DNA from: a virus
Taxonomy: Duplodnaviria; Caudoviricetes
Virus record (IMG/VR): IMGVR_UViG_3300028833_000061
Coordinates: 137,402-201,401 of that record
DNA: 64,000 nt
Strand: one strand, 5' to 3'
Shown here: positions 1 through 9,829 of the stretch, in pieces
Position numbering within the stretch: position 1 is the first letter of the stretch
How the letters are laid out: each line of letters begins with the position of its first letter
Notes under the pieces: generated by a model
Told to the model about the DNA's origin: nothing
What the model saw: only the letters and a program-made list of their open reading frames with translations
The model's database searches: none
Made by a program: the position numbers and the translations under genes

Positions 1-562
1 TGAAGTACAATACCGTATTTTTCGCTATGTTTCCTACGCTACCGGCTGTCAGGCACGTAACTGGAACAATGAAACAGTAGTACCCATCAGCCTTGTATAC
101 ACCTTTAGGCACGCTGCTGCTGCTGCTTGTTACTGGAGAATATGTAGTCGTACTGTCTACCGAAAACTGCAAACCTGTTATAGTCTCGAATACAGAGCCA
201 GCTGAAACTACATACGTTCTCGGATCTGTAACGCGTACTACGACAGATCCTTTTGCCGCAGTACCGAGCTTTCCTGCCATGTTGAAATTCGTAAGGATTC
301 TGTTCAGGTCGTCGGTGTCGATGCCTTTTCCGTTGTTGAATCCTTCGATCAACGAAACAAGGGATGAGCGTTCTCGCTGTATTTCGGCTTCTTTCGAAAA
401 CAAAGCAAAAATATGCGCGTCAGGACGTATTAGCAAGTCGCGAAGAGCGGTTCCTTCACGAAGATCGAGGTACGGATAGGCCGTTCTGATCTGATCGAGA
501 AGCGTTTGCTCCGCCTTTGTCCTGTCAGAGTCTGTTATGTCGGCAAGACTTATGCTGTTCAT
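1..562 (-). CDS. Baseplate J-like wedge protein (runs off the window edge; not in the ORF track)
   Basis: Manual translation from ATG at 562, which overlaps the upstream TGA as ATGA: MNSISLADITDSDRTKAEQTLLDQIRTAYPYLDLREGTALRDLLIRP...GTAAKGSVVVRV...VPVTCLTAGSVGNI. These motifs are typical of baseplate J, and the gene follows a gp25-like gene. Confidence 0.75.
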   Translation of the reverse strand, partial: MNSISLADITDSDRTKAEQTLLDQIRTAYPYLDLREGTALRDLLIRPDAHIFALFSKEAEIQRERSSLVSLIEGFNNGKGIDTDDLNRILTNFNMAGKLGTAAKGSVVVRVTDPRTYVVSAGSVFETITGLQFSVDSTTTYSPVTSSSSSVPKGVYKADGYYCFIVPVTCLTAGSVGNIAKNTVLYF

Positions 563-1071
563 TTAAAAACCCCGTATGTTGTAGGTACGACGAATGTCAC
601 GCTGTCGCCTGCTACAGAACGAATTGACACATGTATGCGTATTGTTCTGGTTACAGTATCTAGAGTCACGTCTACTATCCTGCTTTCTTGCAGCTTTTCG
701 TCGTCTGGCTGATCTCCATATCTGGCGGCATTGGATTCGTCGTCGTGCTTTATCTTGTCCTGTGTCTTGAAATTGGCCGTGTTGGCCATCAGATCTACAT
801 AAGAAAGGCCTGGTACGTTTCCCCTAGAGCATACGTCCACAAGGTTTGTTCCTATATACTTGTTAAACACATCACTGCCTGTGAGTGTTGTAAACAGAAC
901 GACATACCGCTGCACAAGCTTTTGAATGCCTGAAACAGCCTTTGTCTGGTTTTTCGATGCGGATGGTGTAAGTTCCTGGTACTCCGTACTTGGAGTAACC
1001 ATAGACTGGAGACATTCTATGTCTAGCTGTCTCTTGTAATAATTTGTCGTTGTTTTGACGCTCGTCTGCAT
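559..1071 (-). CDS. Baseplate wedge protein, gp25/GPW-like
   Basis: VSGIQKLVQRYVVLFTTLTGS...IGT motif, C-terminal IRIHVSIRS strand, 170 aa, directly upstream of baseplate J. Confidence 0.7.
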   Translation of the reverse strand: MQTSVKTTTNYYKRQLDIECLQSMVTPSTEYQELTPSASKNQTKAVSGIQKLVQRYVVLFTTLTGSDVFNKYIGTNLVDVCSRGNVPGLSYVDLMANTANFKTQDKIKHDDESNAARYGDQPDDEKLQESRIVDVTLDTVTRTIRIHVSIRSVAGDSVTFVVPTTYGVFK

Positions 1072-1083
1072 ATGACTTATGCA

Positions 1084-1482
1084 CTACTCGGTTGTATCCG
1101 GCTTGGCAACGTTAAGCTTTGTTACCTCGAGCGAATTCAATCCACTGTTTATGAAACCGACATCGTCGTTGAAAACAACGTCCACGTCAGTCTTCTTGGT
1201 ACATGCTCGCAACAGCGCCTTTTTCCACATAGCCATGAATCCGACTATTATTCTAAGACGGACGCCCTCCTTCTCCTCGTCGTTCTCAGGATTTGAAACA
1301 AGATTTACCCACTCGTTATTGTAACTATCTGTGTTGAACAAGTCGTCAAGCAGGTCTTTCAGCGAATCATAATCGCCTAGCGTGTCCATGAACGGGGTCT
1401 GCTCCTTGTTGCCTAGAAGCTGTTCTCCAAGCTCCTTGAAAGCATCCTTCAAGGTCGCTATTGTCTTGTCTATATCGCTCAT
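1084..1482 (-). CDS. Hypothetical protein (132 aa)
   Basis: ATGA-coupled to the sigma gene and tiles with the operon. Confidence 0.6.
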   Translation of the reverse strand: MSDIDKTIATLKDAFKELGEQLLGNKEQTPFMDTLGDYDSLKDLLDDLFNTDSYNNEWVNLVSNPENDEEKEGVRLRIIVGFMAMWKKALLRACTKKTDVDVVFNDDVGFINSGLNSLEVTKLNVAKPDTTE

Positions 1483-2189
1483 GACAAAGCAATGTCCTGT
1501 ATCATCCTGCCAATCGCATCGGCTCTTTGAGATACCCTCGGAGCACTTATTCCAAGCCTATTCGCTATTTGGGCCGTAGAGGCCGGTCTTTTTCCGTGCG
1601 ACCCTGTTCTAAGATCGTACAAAAGTTGGTCGTCCGGGCCTAGCGACATATACACGGCATCTGCTGCAAACGGTACCGTGCTTGGCGTATATACGCCGGG
1701 CTGCTGTGCCTGCTCCTCGTTTGCTACGTCGTTCATTTCAAAACGGCCTGTGTTGATCGACGCCGCGACCTGATGACGTATGCGCTGTATTCTCTTTGGA
1801 GATATTCCAATCTCGTCTGCCAACTCGATGTCGGTAGGGGCTCTGCCGAGCTCGTCTTCTAGCTGCTTGGATACTCTGTCTATCTCCGCAGCGTGCCGTA
1901 TGGCAAGTTCTGGAGCCTTCACATCCCTTAGACCCTGGCCATACCTTGAAAGCTGCTTCAAGTTTGTCGTAACCCATGACTGCAGTTTTGCTCCGCTCAT
2001 AGGGTTGAACGTCTTTACCGCTTTTACGGCAATAGCCTTCGCCTTAGACCGAAGATGGGTCTTCGGACCCTCGTATCGCATTATTTCCGAATTTATAGTA
2101 GGCATCAACGCATCAAGAACCCCGGACATGTTTTCCGGGGTCTGGTCGACAACCCATTTATCGTATGCTTCCTGGTAGCTACTCTTCAT
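1479..2189 (-). CDS. Sigma-70 family RNA polymerase sigma factor
   Basis: Region 2 AVKAVKTFNPMSGAKLQSWV, region 3 LEDELGRAPTDIELADEIGIS, region 4 HTH STAQIANRLGISAPRVSQ. Start moved to ATG 2189 (MKSSY) to avoid overlap with the hub gene. Confidence 0.85.
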   Translation of the reverse strand: MKSSYQEAYDKWVVDQTPENMSGVLDALMPTINSEIMRYEGPKTHLRSKAKAIAVKAVKTFNPMSGAKLQSWVTTNLKQLSRYGQGLRDVKAPELAIRHAAEIDRVSKQLEDELGRAPTDIELADEIGISPKRIQRIRHQVAASINTGRFEMNDVANEEQAQQPGVYTPSTVPFAADAVYMSLGPDDQLLYDLRTGSHGKRPASTAQIANRLGISAPRVSQRADAIGRMIQDIALS

Positions 2190-2197
2190 TTGCCTGG

Positions 2198-2226
2198 ATA
2201 ATACTACTAAATCCGTGTTATTGCCA
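2198..2226 (-). promoter_or_regulatory. Putative sigma70-type promoter for the sigma gene
   Basis: TGGCAA-N17-TATTAT, with the -10 ending 8 nt before the ATG at 2189. Confidence 0.45.
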
Positions 2227-2247
2227 CACTTTATTGACCGGCTTATC

Positions 2248-3825
2248 TCATTCAGCCGTAGCGCCGTCTCCAAACACTTTATTTTCTGGCATTTTTCCTC
2301 CTATGTCCGGAGGGTCTCCGCAGTATGCCATATTTACTGTAAACCTGCACGTTCCTCCAGAGCTGGACCCCTCGACTACAATACCCGTAACCATGCCGGT
2401 TATGTCCTTTCCTCCGGTACCGACAGATACCGATGCAAACGTACCTATGCCAGGGAAACTGTCTGCCACTAGCGCGCACGACGCAGACACAATCTGTCTT
2501 GCCTTATACTGCTGGCAGAAGAGCGCCTCGGCCGTAACATTATGAACATCGTCAAGAATGGTGATAGACGCTGACTTGCTGTTACCGACAACATTTATAG
2601 AATCTGCTGGATCCTCTACGTGATCTCTCGGTACGACGTTATCGTCTTCAGAATGTGTAGAAGTTTTTCCGCTGCTTGCAGGATTTGACACCAGCTTTGC
2701 AGCCAGTCCTAGCATCTTTCCAAGAAAGTCGGGAGTCGTCGTGTTTATTATCGCTCCCTTTGACGAATAATAAAACATGGTGTCGCTAGAGGCATTTGCC
2801 GACGCATCCAGTGGCCTGAAGCTGCCAAGGGTACTTACTATAGTAGTGTCGGCATTCGTCGAAGTCAGACGTATTCCACAGATAGGGGACGTGTCGGGAG
2901 ATATTTTCACACTCTCTATTATTTCATCTGGTATTGCAGTTACACTTTCTCGACCAGCCCACGGGTTAAGCTTCTCCAGAGATGCCCGTTCGTCGTCATA
3001 GTTTATACGAATATAGAATCCAAGCATTCTCGCAAGAACAAGCACGGCGTCAAGCGGAACAGAGTTTCTAAGATCAAAAAACTGGTAGGCAAGCATAACC
3101 TTGCAGGCCTTTTCAAGCGCAGACATATCTGCGTTTCCCCAGTTTATGCCAGCAGAATCAACATAAGGAAGACCTAGAGAATCGTCTATATACTCTGAAA
3201 GCTTTACGTTATACACCTCTGCGGCAGACTCTATGTTCCACCTTACTCCGCCTTCCCTGGATCCTCGGTCATCTATCATCTCCTTCAGCTTTTCAGTTAC
3301 GCTATCGCCAATCTCTATAATTCCACCTCCGTCGATATCATTTGCGAATTTTTCAAAGTCAAGACCACTCACATAGAAAAATCCAGGTGTAGACCTAAGC
3401 CTGCACATGGGATGTTCTATCTGAAGAATAACACCACCAGGACTAGTCTTATTCTGTGGCTGCAGCGTGACGTTTGTTATTTTCCATCCGTCCAACGTCA
3501 TACTGGTTAAAGGAGCCGAAAATCCGCCAGAGATAACCTCTTCAACGGTTATAGTCACACTTACACTGTTGCTGCTGTCATCTCCCTCCTTGAGATCGTT
3601 AAGAATATCGAACGTCTTAGTTTCGGCGCTTCTGCTGGGGTCGTCGCTCTTGTACGCCTCGAACGTTTCCTCAGAAGAATAGTTAAGAGGAAGAACCAGG
3701 TTTGCATATGGAATTATGTTTATACCCCACGCAACACTGAAACTATTTGCGTGACAAATCCCTTCAAGACCCGGCACAGACACAGTGGCGTCTACGTTAA
3801 GTATTCTGTAAGAGTCAGCCGCCAT
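2248..3825 (-). CDS. Baseplate hub protein (gp27/late control D-like), putative
   Basis: ~525 aa, beta-rich, downstream of the tape measure; C-terminal GMVTGIVVE...FTVNMAY is hub-like. Likely start MAADSY at 3825. Confidence 0.5.
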   Translation of the reverse strand: MAADSYRILNVDATVSVPGLEGICHANSFSVAWGINIIPYANLVLPLNYSSEETFEAYKSDDPSRSAETKTFDILNDLKEGDDSSNSVSVTITVEEVISGGFSAPLTSMTLDGWKITNVTLQPQNKTSPGGVILQIEHPMCRLRSTPGFFYVSGLDFEKFANDIDGGGIIEIGDSVTEKLKEMIDDRGSREGGVRWNIESAAEVYNVKLSEYIDDSLGLPYVDSAGINWGNADMSALEKACKVMLAYQFFDLRNSVPLDAVLVLARMLGFYIRINYDDERASLEKLNPWAGRESVTAIPDEIIESVKISPDTSPICGIRLTSTNADTTIVSTLGSFRPLDASANASSDTMFYYSSKGAIINTTTPDFLGKMLGLAAKLVSNPASSGKTSTHSEDDNVVPRDHVEDPADSINVVGNSKSASITILDDVHNVTAEALFCQQYKARQIVSASCALVADSFPGIGTFASVSVGTGGKDITGMVTGIVVEGSSSGGTCRFTVNMAYCGDPPDIGGKMPENKVFGDGATAE

Positions 3826-4306
3826 CTCTCGACCTCCTGACAGCCTCAAGTTGCGCTACAAGCGCAAGCAAACACGAAACCTCGGTGCTGTTTCCGTCTA
3901 GCGAGACAACTCCAATTCGTTCAAGTACATCCAGCATAGAATCTATATCGTCAAATCCAGTCTTAGCAAACAGCACTCTGGATGCCACGGAAGGCTCTAT
4001 AGAATTTACAGACACCTGTACATACTTGTAGTCATCGGGCAGCGGCGTAACTCTTTTATCATAGAACGTGACGAACCTCGCAAAATCTACACGGTCAAGC
4101 ATCCTACAAATAGAATTCACGATATCTAGCCTGCCTTTTATCCCTGCGCCTGCAAAAAGCCTGTTCTCGATTATATCTCCAAGTCTGGCAGGTATGCTAA
4201 GCGGAACGAACTTCTCATCGATATAGAACTCGCCATCCAGGCCTTCTATATCGGAGTACATTCTGTTTAAAAGAAGTGTCTTAATGTGATTTACCATTTT
4301 AATCAA
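3815..4306 (-). CDS. Hypothetical tail/baseplate protein (163 aa)
   Basis: Overlaps both neighbours in the tail operon. Confidence 0.55.
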   Translation of the reverse strand: MIKMVNHIKTLLLNRMYSDIEGLDGEFYIDEKFVPLSIPARLGDIIENRLFAGAGIKGRLDIVNSICRMLDRVDFARFVTFYDKRVTPLPDDYKYVQVSVNSIEPSVASRVLFAKTGFDDIDSMLDVLERIGVVSLDGNSTEVSCLLALVAQLEAVRRSRDGG

Positions 4307-4781
4307 GTGAAGTCATGAACGTCAGTGTGACTGTAACCGCGTTCAATCCGGGGTCGTACCCCTTTATGTACATCGAAATAAGGAATCCTGTCGAATACTT
4401 ACCGTCCTTGCCTATCGTAATGCCTACCTTTTCTCCCTTTGAAACTCTATTTTCATCGTACCAATCGGATATCGTGCCAATAACTGACACGTTGTCACCT
4501 GTCGAACAGCTCTGTGTGACGCCTAAGAATATCAAAACGGTTACAGAGCTTCTGCTCGTTCCAACATCGCTTCCGTATGCAAATACATAGTTTCTTTTTC
4601 CGAAGCACGGCATTACAGAATACCTTTCAGCACACGCAGCGCTAAAATCAAGCACAAACGCATTATTGTTACTCAAATCGTCAGTAAGTCCATCTATATG
4701 GACTATTGACGACGCATCTAATCCGTCTGTCGGGTACCGTACTACGGTTCCCTTGTCTATCTCTCCAAAAATGTCTTCCAT
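4299..4781 (-). CDS. Tail-tube-like baseplate protein (tube paralogue)
   Basis: Shares DIFG, AFVL and FGK segments with the tube protein at 12487-12957 and follows the tape measure. Confidence 0.5.
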   Translation of the reverse strand: MEDIFGEIDKGTVVRYPTDGLDASSIVHIDGLTDDLSNNNAFVLDFSAACAERYSVMPCFGKRNYVFAYGSDVGTSRSSVTVLIFLGVTQSCSTGDNVSVIGTISDWYDENRVSKGEKVGITIGKDGKYSTGFLISMYIKGYDPGLNAVTVTLTFMTSLD

Positions 4782-4796
4782 GGCTACTGTTCTAGA

Positions 4797-7700
4797 TTAC
4801 AAGGATGGATTTACTGCCGGAGCTGACGATGAGTCTGATACCTCAACCGAGCATCCAGGAACGATTGATACGAATATAGGATTGTCCGACGAAGACCCGA
4901 TAGAAGCCTGTTCTGACTCGCCCTGTTTCACATTAACGTCGTCTAGCTTATAACTGCCGCCTGTGCCCCTTTGCTCTTCTGTTTTAGCTGCCTCCTCTGT
5001 GCTTCCTACGTGCTTTCCTGCAGTGGCTGTAGCTGACTCTTCACGTATGATTTCAGCGTTTTCACTCATACTTCCGCCTTCTACCGGAGCTTCTGCACCG
5101 CCAGCTACTGTAGGGGTAGACCCCTTGCCAGGTACATCTTTTCCGCCAGCAACAGCGTTAAGTTCGTTGGTAATGGCTTCTTCGTTGTCGACTATCTTGT
5201 CTTTCCAGTCTTCAGAGACATTGCCTTCTTCGTCTAGTATTCCAAACTTTGTAAGAATACCCTTTACCTTGGCTATGCCAGCAGCCTTCTCTTCGTCGGT
5301 AGTGCCAGGCTTGAACATCATATCAATTGCTTCATCGAGATTGCCGGTAGTAAGTCCGCTTATCACAGCCTGCGACATCGTCATATATGCAGCCGGTGCG
5401 TTTTCGTCGACCATAGCCTGTATATGCTTTCCAAGCATCTCAAGGTATTCGCCAGTAGACAACACCCTCTTATCGAGAGACTTGAGCGAACCAGACAACT
5501 TGTTTGCGGCAACCATCGCACCACCAAAACCAGAATCTGCCGCATTTGCTGTAGCAACTGTCTCTACTACACCACCCATGTCTGCATCTGATGCAGCCAG
5601 TGCAGTTCCGCCAACCGTTTCAAGAGCAGAAAGAAACTTCTCCTTGTCCTCATCCCCTAGGGCGGCTACAGCCTTGTATAGATCTTCTCCACTAAGTCCG
5701 GAAAGAGCAGCGAGGGCTGAACCTTCTTCGGCGCCTTCTGCCGCTTTCTTGGCAGCCTCTGAGAACATTGTGTCCACGGTAGCTCTGTTGTAGCTCCTGT
5801 CTCCTATTGTAACTACGTCCTGAAACGCTGTTTCGGAACCCATGACCTTGATAAGAGTGCGGGCGTCTGTACCAGAAAAAACCTTTTTCTTCTCTCCGTT
5901 CTCGTCTTCAATTTCCAAAGCAGACAAGGCTGTGTCGAGCTTCTCGTTTACTTGATTATCAGCAAACACATCCGCATACTCCGAGTTAGGTCCAGTCAGC
6001 TCGCCAAGCTCTCTGTAGGCCTCTTGCATCTTCTCGTCCCTGTCCGGGCCTGTAGCGTTCTTGGCCTCCTCGAACTTCTTTCTTACGCCTTCAAGCTTTG
6101 CCTTGAATTCGGCAGCCTTCTCTTTTCTCTTGTTCGTCTGGTCGGCGTCATACTTCGCAGACCACTCCTCCTTTGTGTCTCCGAAGCCCAGCTCCTTTAT
6201 CTCTTCGTCTGTCTTGCCTTCTGCCTTGAGCTCGTCTCTTTTCGCTTTGTATTTCTCGTATTCGGCATCTTTTACGCTGTCATACTTCTTATCCTTGAAA
6301 TACTTGTCTCCAAACGCCTGCTCGTCTTCCGCGAGTCCGACAAGTGTGTCAATGATTGCCTCTCCGCCTTCGAATACAAGACCACGCTGATTCTCGTCCA
6401 AGTGCCCAGCTCCGGCATAGTATCTCCTGTCAACAGAAATACCGGTCTCACTCGCACGAATCTCGTCCGCTATCATTCTAGCCGTCTTCGTGCTAGATCT
6501 AGCCGTATGGATGTCTGGGCGTGTGAACGTACTATTGGTGTATACGAGCGCTACAGTGTCATCAGAGGTCAGAACGCCTCCATCGGCCGACAACTCGTTC
6601 AACGCATTGACAACCGCTTCGTCAGAGCCATCTCTAAGTGCATCCTGCACTATCTTCGCCGTCTTCGCATCTACCTTTGTAAGACCTGAATCCCTTAGCT
6701 GCGTCAGTACCTTTCTAGCGTCGGCAGCCCGTATTCCGTCAGACGCGTCTCCTCCGTGGGATTCTATTATCTCCTTTATGCGATCTTCATTGGTCAAAGC
6801 AGTTTTCGAGTCCAGCTTCCTGTTTGCAAACTCATTCGTTACAGCATCCGCAGCGGCTGCAGTGGCATTGGTTCTAAGCATAGTCACGAAATCTGAATCG
6901 CCTAGATTCCCGGACATCTCCTCGAACACTCGTAAAGCAGCACCTACGCCACCATCCTTGTCGTCTTTGTGCTCCTGCATAGCCTTAAGCATATATTCCT
7001 CTAGAGCGCCTGCGCCTGCGATCTGTCCTGCATGATCGTGTAATGCCTTTTGTATCTCGGCAAATTTGGCCTGGTTTGCTTTTTGTTTGATGTCTTCGCT
7101 CTTGTAGCCTGCATCCTTTGCCATGTTCGTGGCCATGTCGAGACCGGTATTTGCGATTGTCCTTTCCATGATGGACCGGTCTTCCCTTGCCGATGCCTGC
7201 AGTCCTCTATCCAGAAGATCATTCAACGCTTCAGGGTCGTTTCCTACGGCATCCGCAAACATTTTGTATGTCGTATCGTTGAATATATCCTCCCTCGTAA
7301 GCCCCATTGCGTCGGCTACCATCGAAACAGCCATAGACATGCTCCTCTGGTCGCCGCTGGAAAACAACTGTCCTATTCTATGTGCAGTGGTGCTGTCACG
7401 GGCTATGACGCCCTTCATCATCGCATATTCGAAAGCTGTCATGGCCTTGTTGGCCGAAGACCCTGCGAACTCTATCGCGCGCCAGTTTGCCCTGGCCTTC
7501 AATCGCTGCACCTGCACCGGATTAAGGCCAGCTCCGCCATCCTGCATGTTCGCGAGCTCATTTGCGAGAAATCTTTGCGATATTCCTTGTACGGTAGGAG
7601 TATTTACATACCCGCCTGCGACATCTGCCGGAGAGTATCCCATAGCTTGTTGCACGCCTGCCATTCCTGTCGCAAGCATATTGCCTACAACCTGATGGTC

Positions 7701-8693
7701 GAGTCCGTTCATCTGGCCAAGCGCCTGCAGTCCTCGTGTCTGATTTACAACACGTTGCAGCGCGTCGGCAGACATATTGGACCAGCCGCCTCCTGTTATC
7801 TGGTTAAGCATTCGCTTTGCTGCGTCTGCGCTTCCAAACAGATCTCTAAACGCCTCGAGCGTCTTTATCGCCTGCTTTCCTACGGTTTCGAATCTAGCAC
7901 CGAGATCCTCTCCTGCACCGGCCGACGCTGCTACTTGCTCAAGCACACTGGATACGTCAGATATTGAAAATCCGCGCATGAAGTCTTCGTTGCGTATAAA
8001 CGTATCGCCTTTGTACATGGAAGCACGTGCCGCACGAGTATAATCATTCACTACACCGCTAGCTCTGTCGCTCCAAGTGTTTGACAGAACATTCCTGTCC
8101 TGCATCATTATACTCCTCGACTCAGGACTTAACCGAGACATCGTCAGCGCTTCGCTTCGCTGCGCAGCACGGATTCCCTCTAGACCGTAATCCTCTACGC
8201 CGAATATCCCCTGGAATATGCTTATAGCTGTATCAGACAGCCCGGACTCGTCGTTCAGTACCGACTTTTCAAGCTCATCAAGTTCGGCCTGCCTTGCAGA
8301 ATCGTTTCCGGCAGCTCGTCTTGCAAGTCCGGTGAGAACCTTTCCAAACGCCTTTCTTGACTGCAGCCTGCTGTTTCTTACGGCTCCTCCCATGCGCTTT
8401 GCGTTGTCAGAGAACCTACCATAGGCATATGCACCTAGTTCTCCGGCGTTAGGCTCGTTCCACGAAGGAATCCTGAACGGATTTCGCATCCCAAGCATGC
8501 TACGAGTAACATAATCCATGATGACAGAACCGAATTCGCCAAGCATGCCTGAACCGCCGCCGACGGTTGTATTATACGGATCTACAAACGGATCATCCTG
8601 GCCGGCAAAACCATACGTTCCAACGGCAATATCTCCATATATGTCGTTGGCCCTGGCCCTATTGGCTCCTCCGTAGTAGTATCCTTGGCTCAT
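4797..8693 (-). CDS. Tail tape measure protein
   Basis: 1298 aa, Ala/Gly-rich and helical, directly downstream of the frameshifted chaperone pair. Confidence 0.75.
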   Translation of the reverse strand: MSQGYYYGGANRARANDIYGDIAVGTYGFAGQDDPFVDPYNTTVGGGSGMLGEFGSVIMDYVTRSMLGMRNPFRIPSWNEPNAGELGAYAYGRFSDNAKRMGGAVRNSRLQSRKAFGKVLTGLARRAAGNDSARQAELDELEKSVLNDESGLSDTAISIFQGIFGVEDYGLEGIRAAQRSEALTMSRLSPESRSIMMQDRNVLSNTWSDRASGVVNDYTRAARASMYKGDTFIRNEDFMRGFSISDVSSVLEQVAASAGAGEDLGARFETVGKQAIKTLEAFRDLFGSADAAKRMLNQITGGGWSNMSADALQRVVNQTRGLQALGQMNGLDHQVVGNMLATGMAGVQQAMGYSPADVAGGYVNTPTVQGISQRFLANELANMQDGGAGLNPVQVQRLKARANWRAIEFAGSSANKAMTAFEYAMMKGVIARDSTTAHRIGQLFSSGDQRSMSMAVSMVADAMGLTREDIFNDTTYKMFADAVGNDPEALNDLLDRGLQASAREDRSIMERTIANTGLDMATNMAKDAGYKSEDIKQKANQAKFAEIQKALHDHAGQIAGAGALEEYMLKAMQEHKDDKDGGVGAALRVFEEMSGNLGDSDFVTMLRTNATAAAADAVTNEFANRKLDSKTALTNEDRIKEIIESHGGDASDGIRAADARKVLTQLRDSGLTKVDAKTAKIVQDALRDGSDEAVVNALNELSADGGVLTSDDTVALVYTNSTFTRPDIHTARSSTKTARMIADEIRASETGISVDRRYYAGAGHLDENQRGLVFEGGEAIIDTLVGLAEDEQAFGDKYFKDKKYDSVKDAEYEKYKAKRDELKAEGKTDEEIKELGFGDTKEEWSAKYDADQTNKRKEKAAEFKAKLEGVRKKFEEAKNATGPDRDEKMQEAYRELGELTGPNSEYADVFADNQVNEKLDTALSALEIEDENGEKKKVFSGTDARTLIKVMGSETAFQDVVTIGDRSYNRATVDTMFSEAAKKAAEGAEEGSALAALSGLSGEDLYKAVAALGDEDKEKFLSALETVGGTALAASDADMGGVVETVATANAADSGFGGAMVAANKLSGSLKSLDKRVLSTGEYLEMLGKHIQAMVDENAPAAYMTMSQAVISGLTTGNLDEAIDMMFKPGTTDEEKAAGIAKVKGILTKFGILDEEGNVSEDWKDKIVDNEEAITNELNAVAGGKDVPGKGSTPTVAGGAEAPVEGGSMSENAEIIREESATATAGKHVGSTEEAAKTEEQRGTGGSYKLDDVNVKQGESEQASIGSSSDNPIFVSIVPGCSVEVSDSSSAPAVNPSL

Positions 8694-8705
8694 TCAGTGT
8701 CTCCG

Positions 8706-9152
8706 CTACTTATCTGCTTTTTCAGTTTCCTTGGCCTCCTGAGCTTTCTTTTTAGCTTGCTCAGCCAGCTCGCGCTGCCTTTTCTTGTATGCGTTATAGT
8801 ATTCTGCCAATTCTCTTCCGTTTGTCGGTCTGCCCATAGCTCTGTTAGCTTCTACTTTAGACTTCTTAACAGCATCGCGATGCTGGTGCATTCCTATGTA
8901 TGGAAGTATGTCGAAAGCCTTTTTCGCTGCATCGTTGGCTCCAGAAAGAGCCTTCGAGTCCTTCGGGCCTGAAGCCCATGAAGCTTTGGCTACGTAATCT
9001 GAAAGCCGTATGTTAAGCAGATCCTTCGTTTCAAGTACGTCTCTCACAAACCCTTTCGTTATTTCTGAATGCGGAAGCCTTAAAGACGTATTCGCAGTGT
9101 GGTCTATGCAGTGCACGCGCTCTACTTCCCGGTAGACCCACCGGGATTCCAA
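8706..9152 (-). CDS. Tail assembly chaperone, gpT-like C-terminal part (reached by -1 frameshift)
   Basis: The TTG 'start' is the first -1 frame codon after the slippery heptamer A_AAT_TTT in the upstream ORF. Confidence 0.7.
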   Translation of the reverse strand: MESRWVYREVERVHCIDHTANTSLRLPHSEITKGFVRDVLETKDLLNIRLSDYVAKASWASGPKDSKALSGANDAAKKAFDILPYIGMHQHRDAVKKSKVEANRAMGRPTNGRELAEYYNAYKKRQRELAEQAKKKAQEAKETEKADK

Positions 9153-9820
9153 AAATTTTCATCTCTAGAAGCTCCAACCATCTTCCAGTATTTAGCCTCA
9201 AACTCTACAAGAGCTGCACCAAGTGCAGAGATTAGAGACTCTGGCTTGCTGCGCCATATATCCAAGTCAGCCTCCCAAGCCGGCGGATGTACACCATCGA
9301 GGTCCTCAGTAAATTTCAGAGGCTTCTTCATTTCGGCGTACTCTACGCCATTAATTTCTGCCACCTGTGCAACAAGAAGGGCGGCTAACGACGTATCTGA
9401 CACATCTGCCTTCGTTACGAACTTTCCGTCAATCCCGCTCTTATGCATATATGCCAATATAGCCTCGGTCTCGTCTACGCTTCTCGACCTAAACTTCACC
9501 CTTAGATTTCCGCCGAAAAGATCAACGGTCTGCACAAACCTATTACCGGTTGTCACGGCCTTAAGAAACTCCAGCTTGTCGCTGTTTGTTATAGTGACGC
9601 GCTCCTGGGTCTTGTCGAGCACGGTCCTGTCATCATCTGCGTTGTCAGCAGATCGAACTAAAGTGTCGAACTTCTTGACCGTGGACGTATCTGTATCTGT
9701 CACGCCCTTCAATGGAACATATGTATCGTTCGACGGATTCTTTGCTGCAGTGTTTTCTTGCGGGCCTTGCGCCTGCGTGGGCTGGGCGCCTGCGTTTTCT
9801 TTTGTTTCGGTTATTTTCAT
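9122..9820 (-). CDS. Tail assembly chaperone (gpG-like)
   Basis: 232 aa, upstream of the tape measure, ends with a slippery site and hairpin. Confidence 0.7.
   Translation of the reverse strand: MKITETKENAGAQPTQAQGPQENTAAKNPSNDTYVPLKGVTDTDTSTVKKFDTLVRSADNADDDRTVLDKTQERVTITNSDKLEFLKAVTTGNRFVQTVDLFGGNLRVKFRSRSVDETEAILAYMHKSGIDGKFVTKADVSDTSLAALLVAQVAEINGVEYAEMKKPLKFTEDLDGVHPPAWEADLDIWRSKPESLISALGAALVEFEAKYWKMVGASRDENFWNPGGSTGK
9127..9158 (-). other. Programmed -1 ribosomal frameshift signal
   Basis: A AAT TTT (9158-9152), 5-nt spacer, stem TCCCGGT/ACCGGGA (9146-9127). Confidence 0.75.
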
Positions 9821-9829
9821 TTTTGCTGG

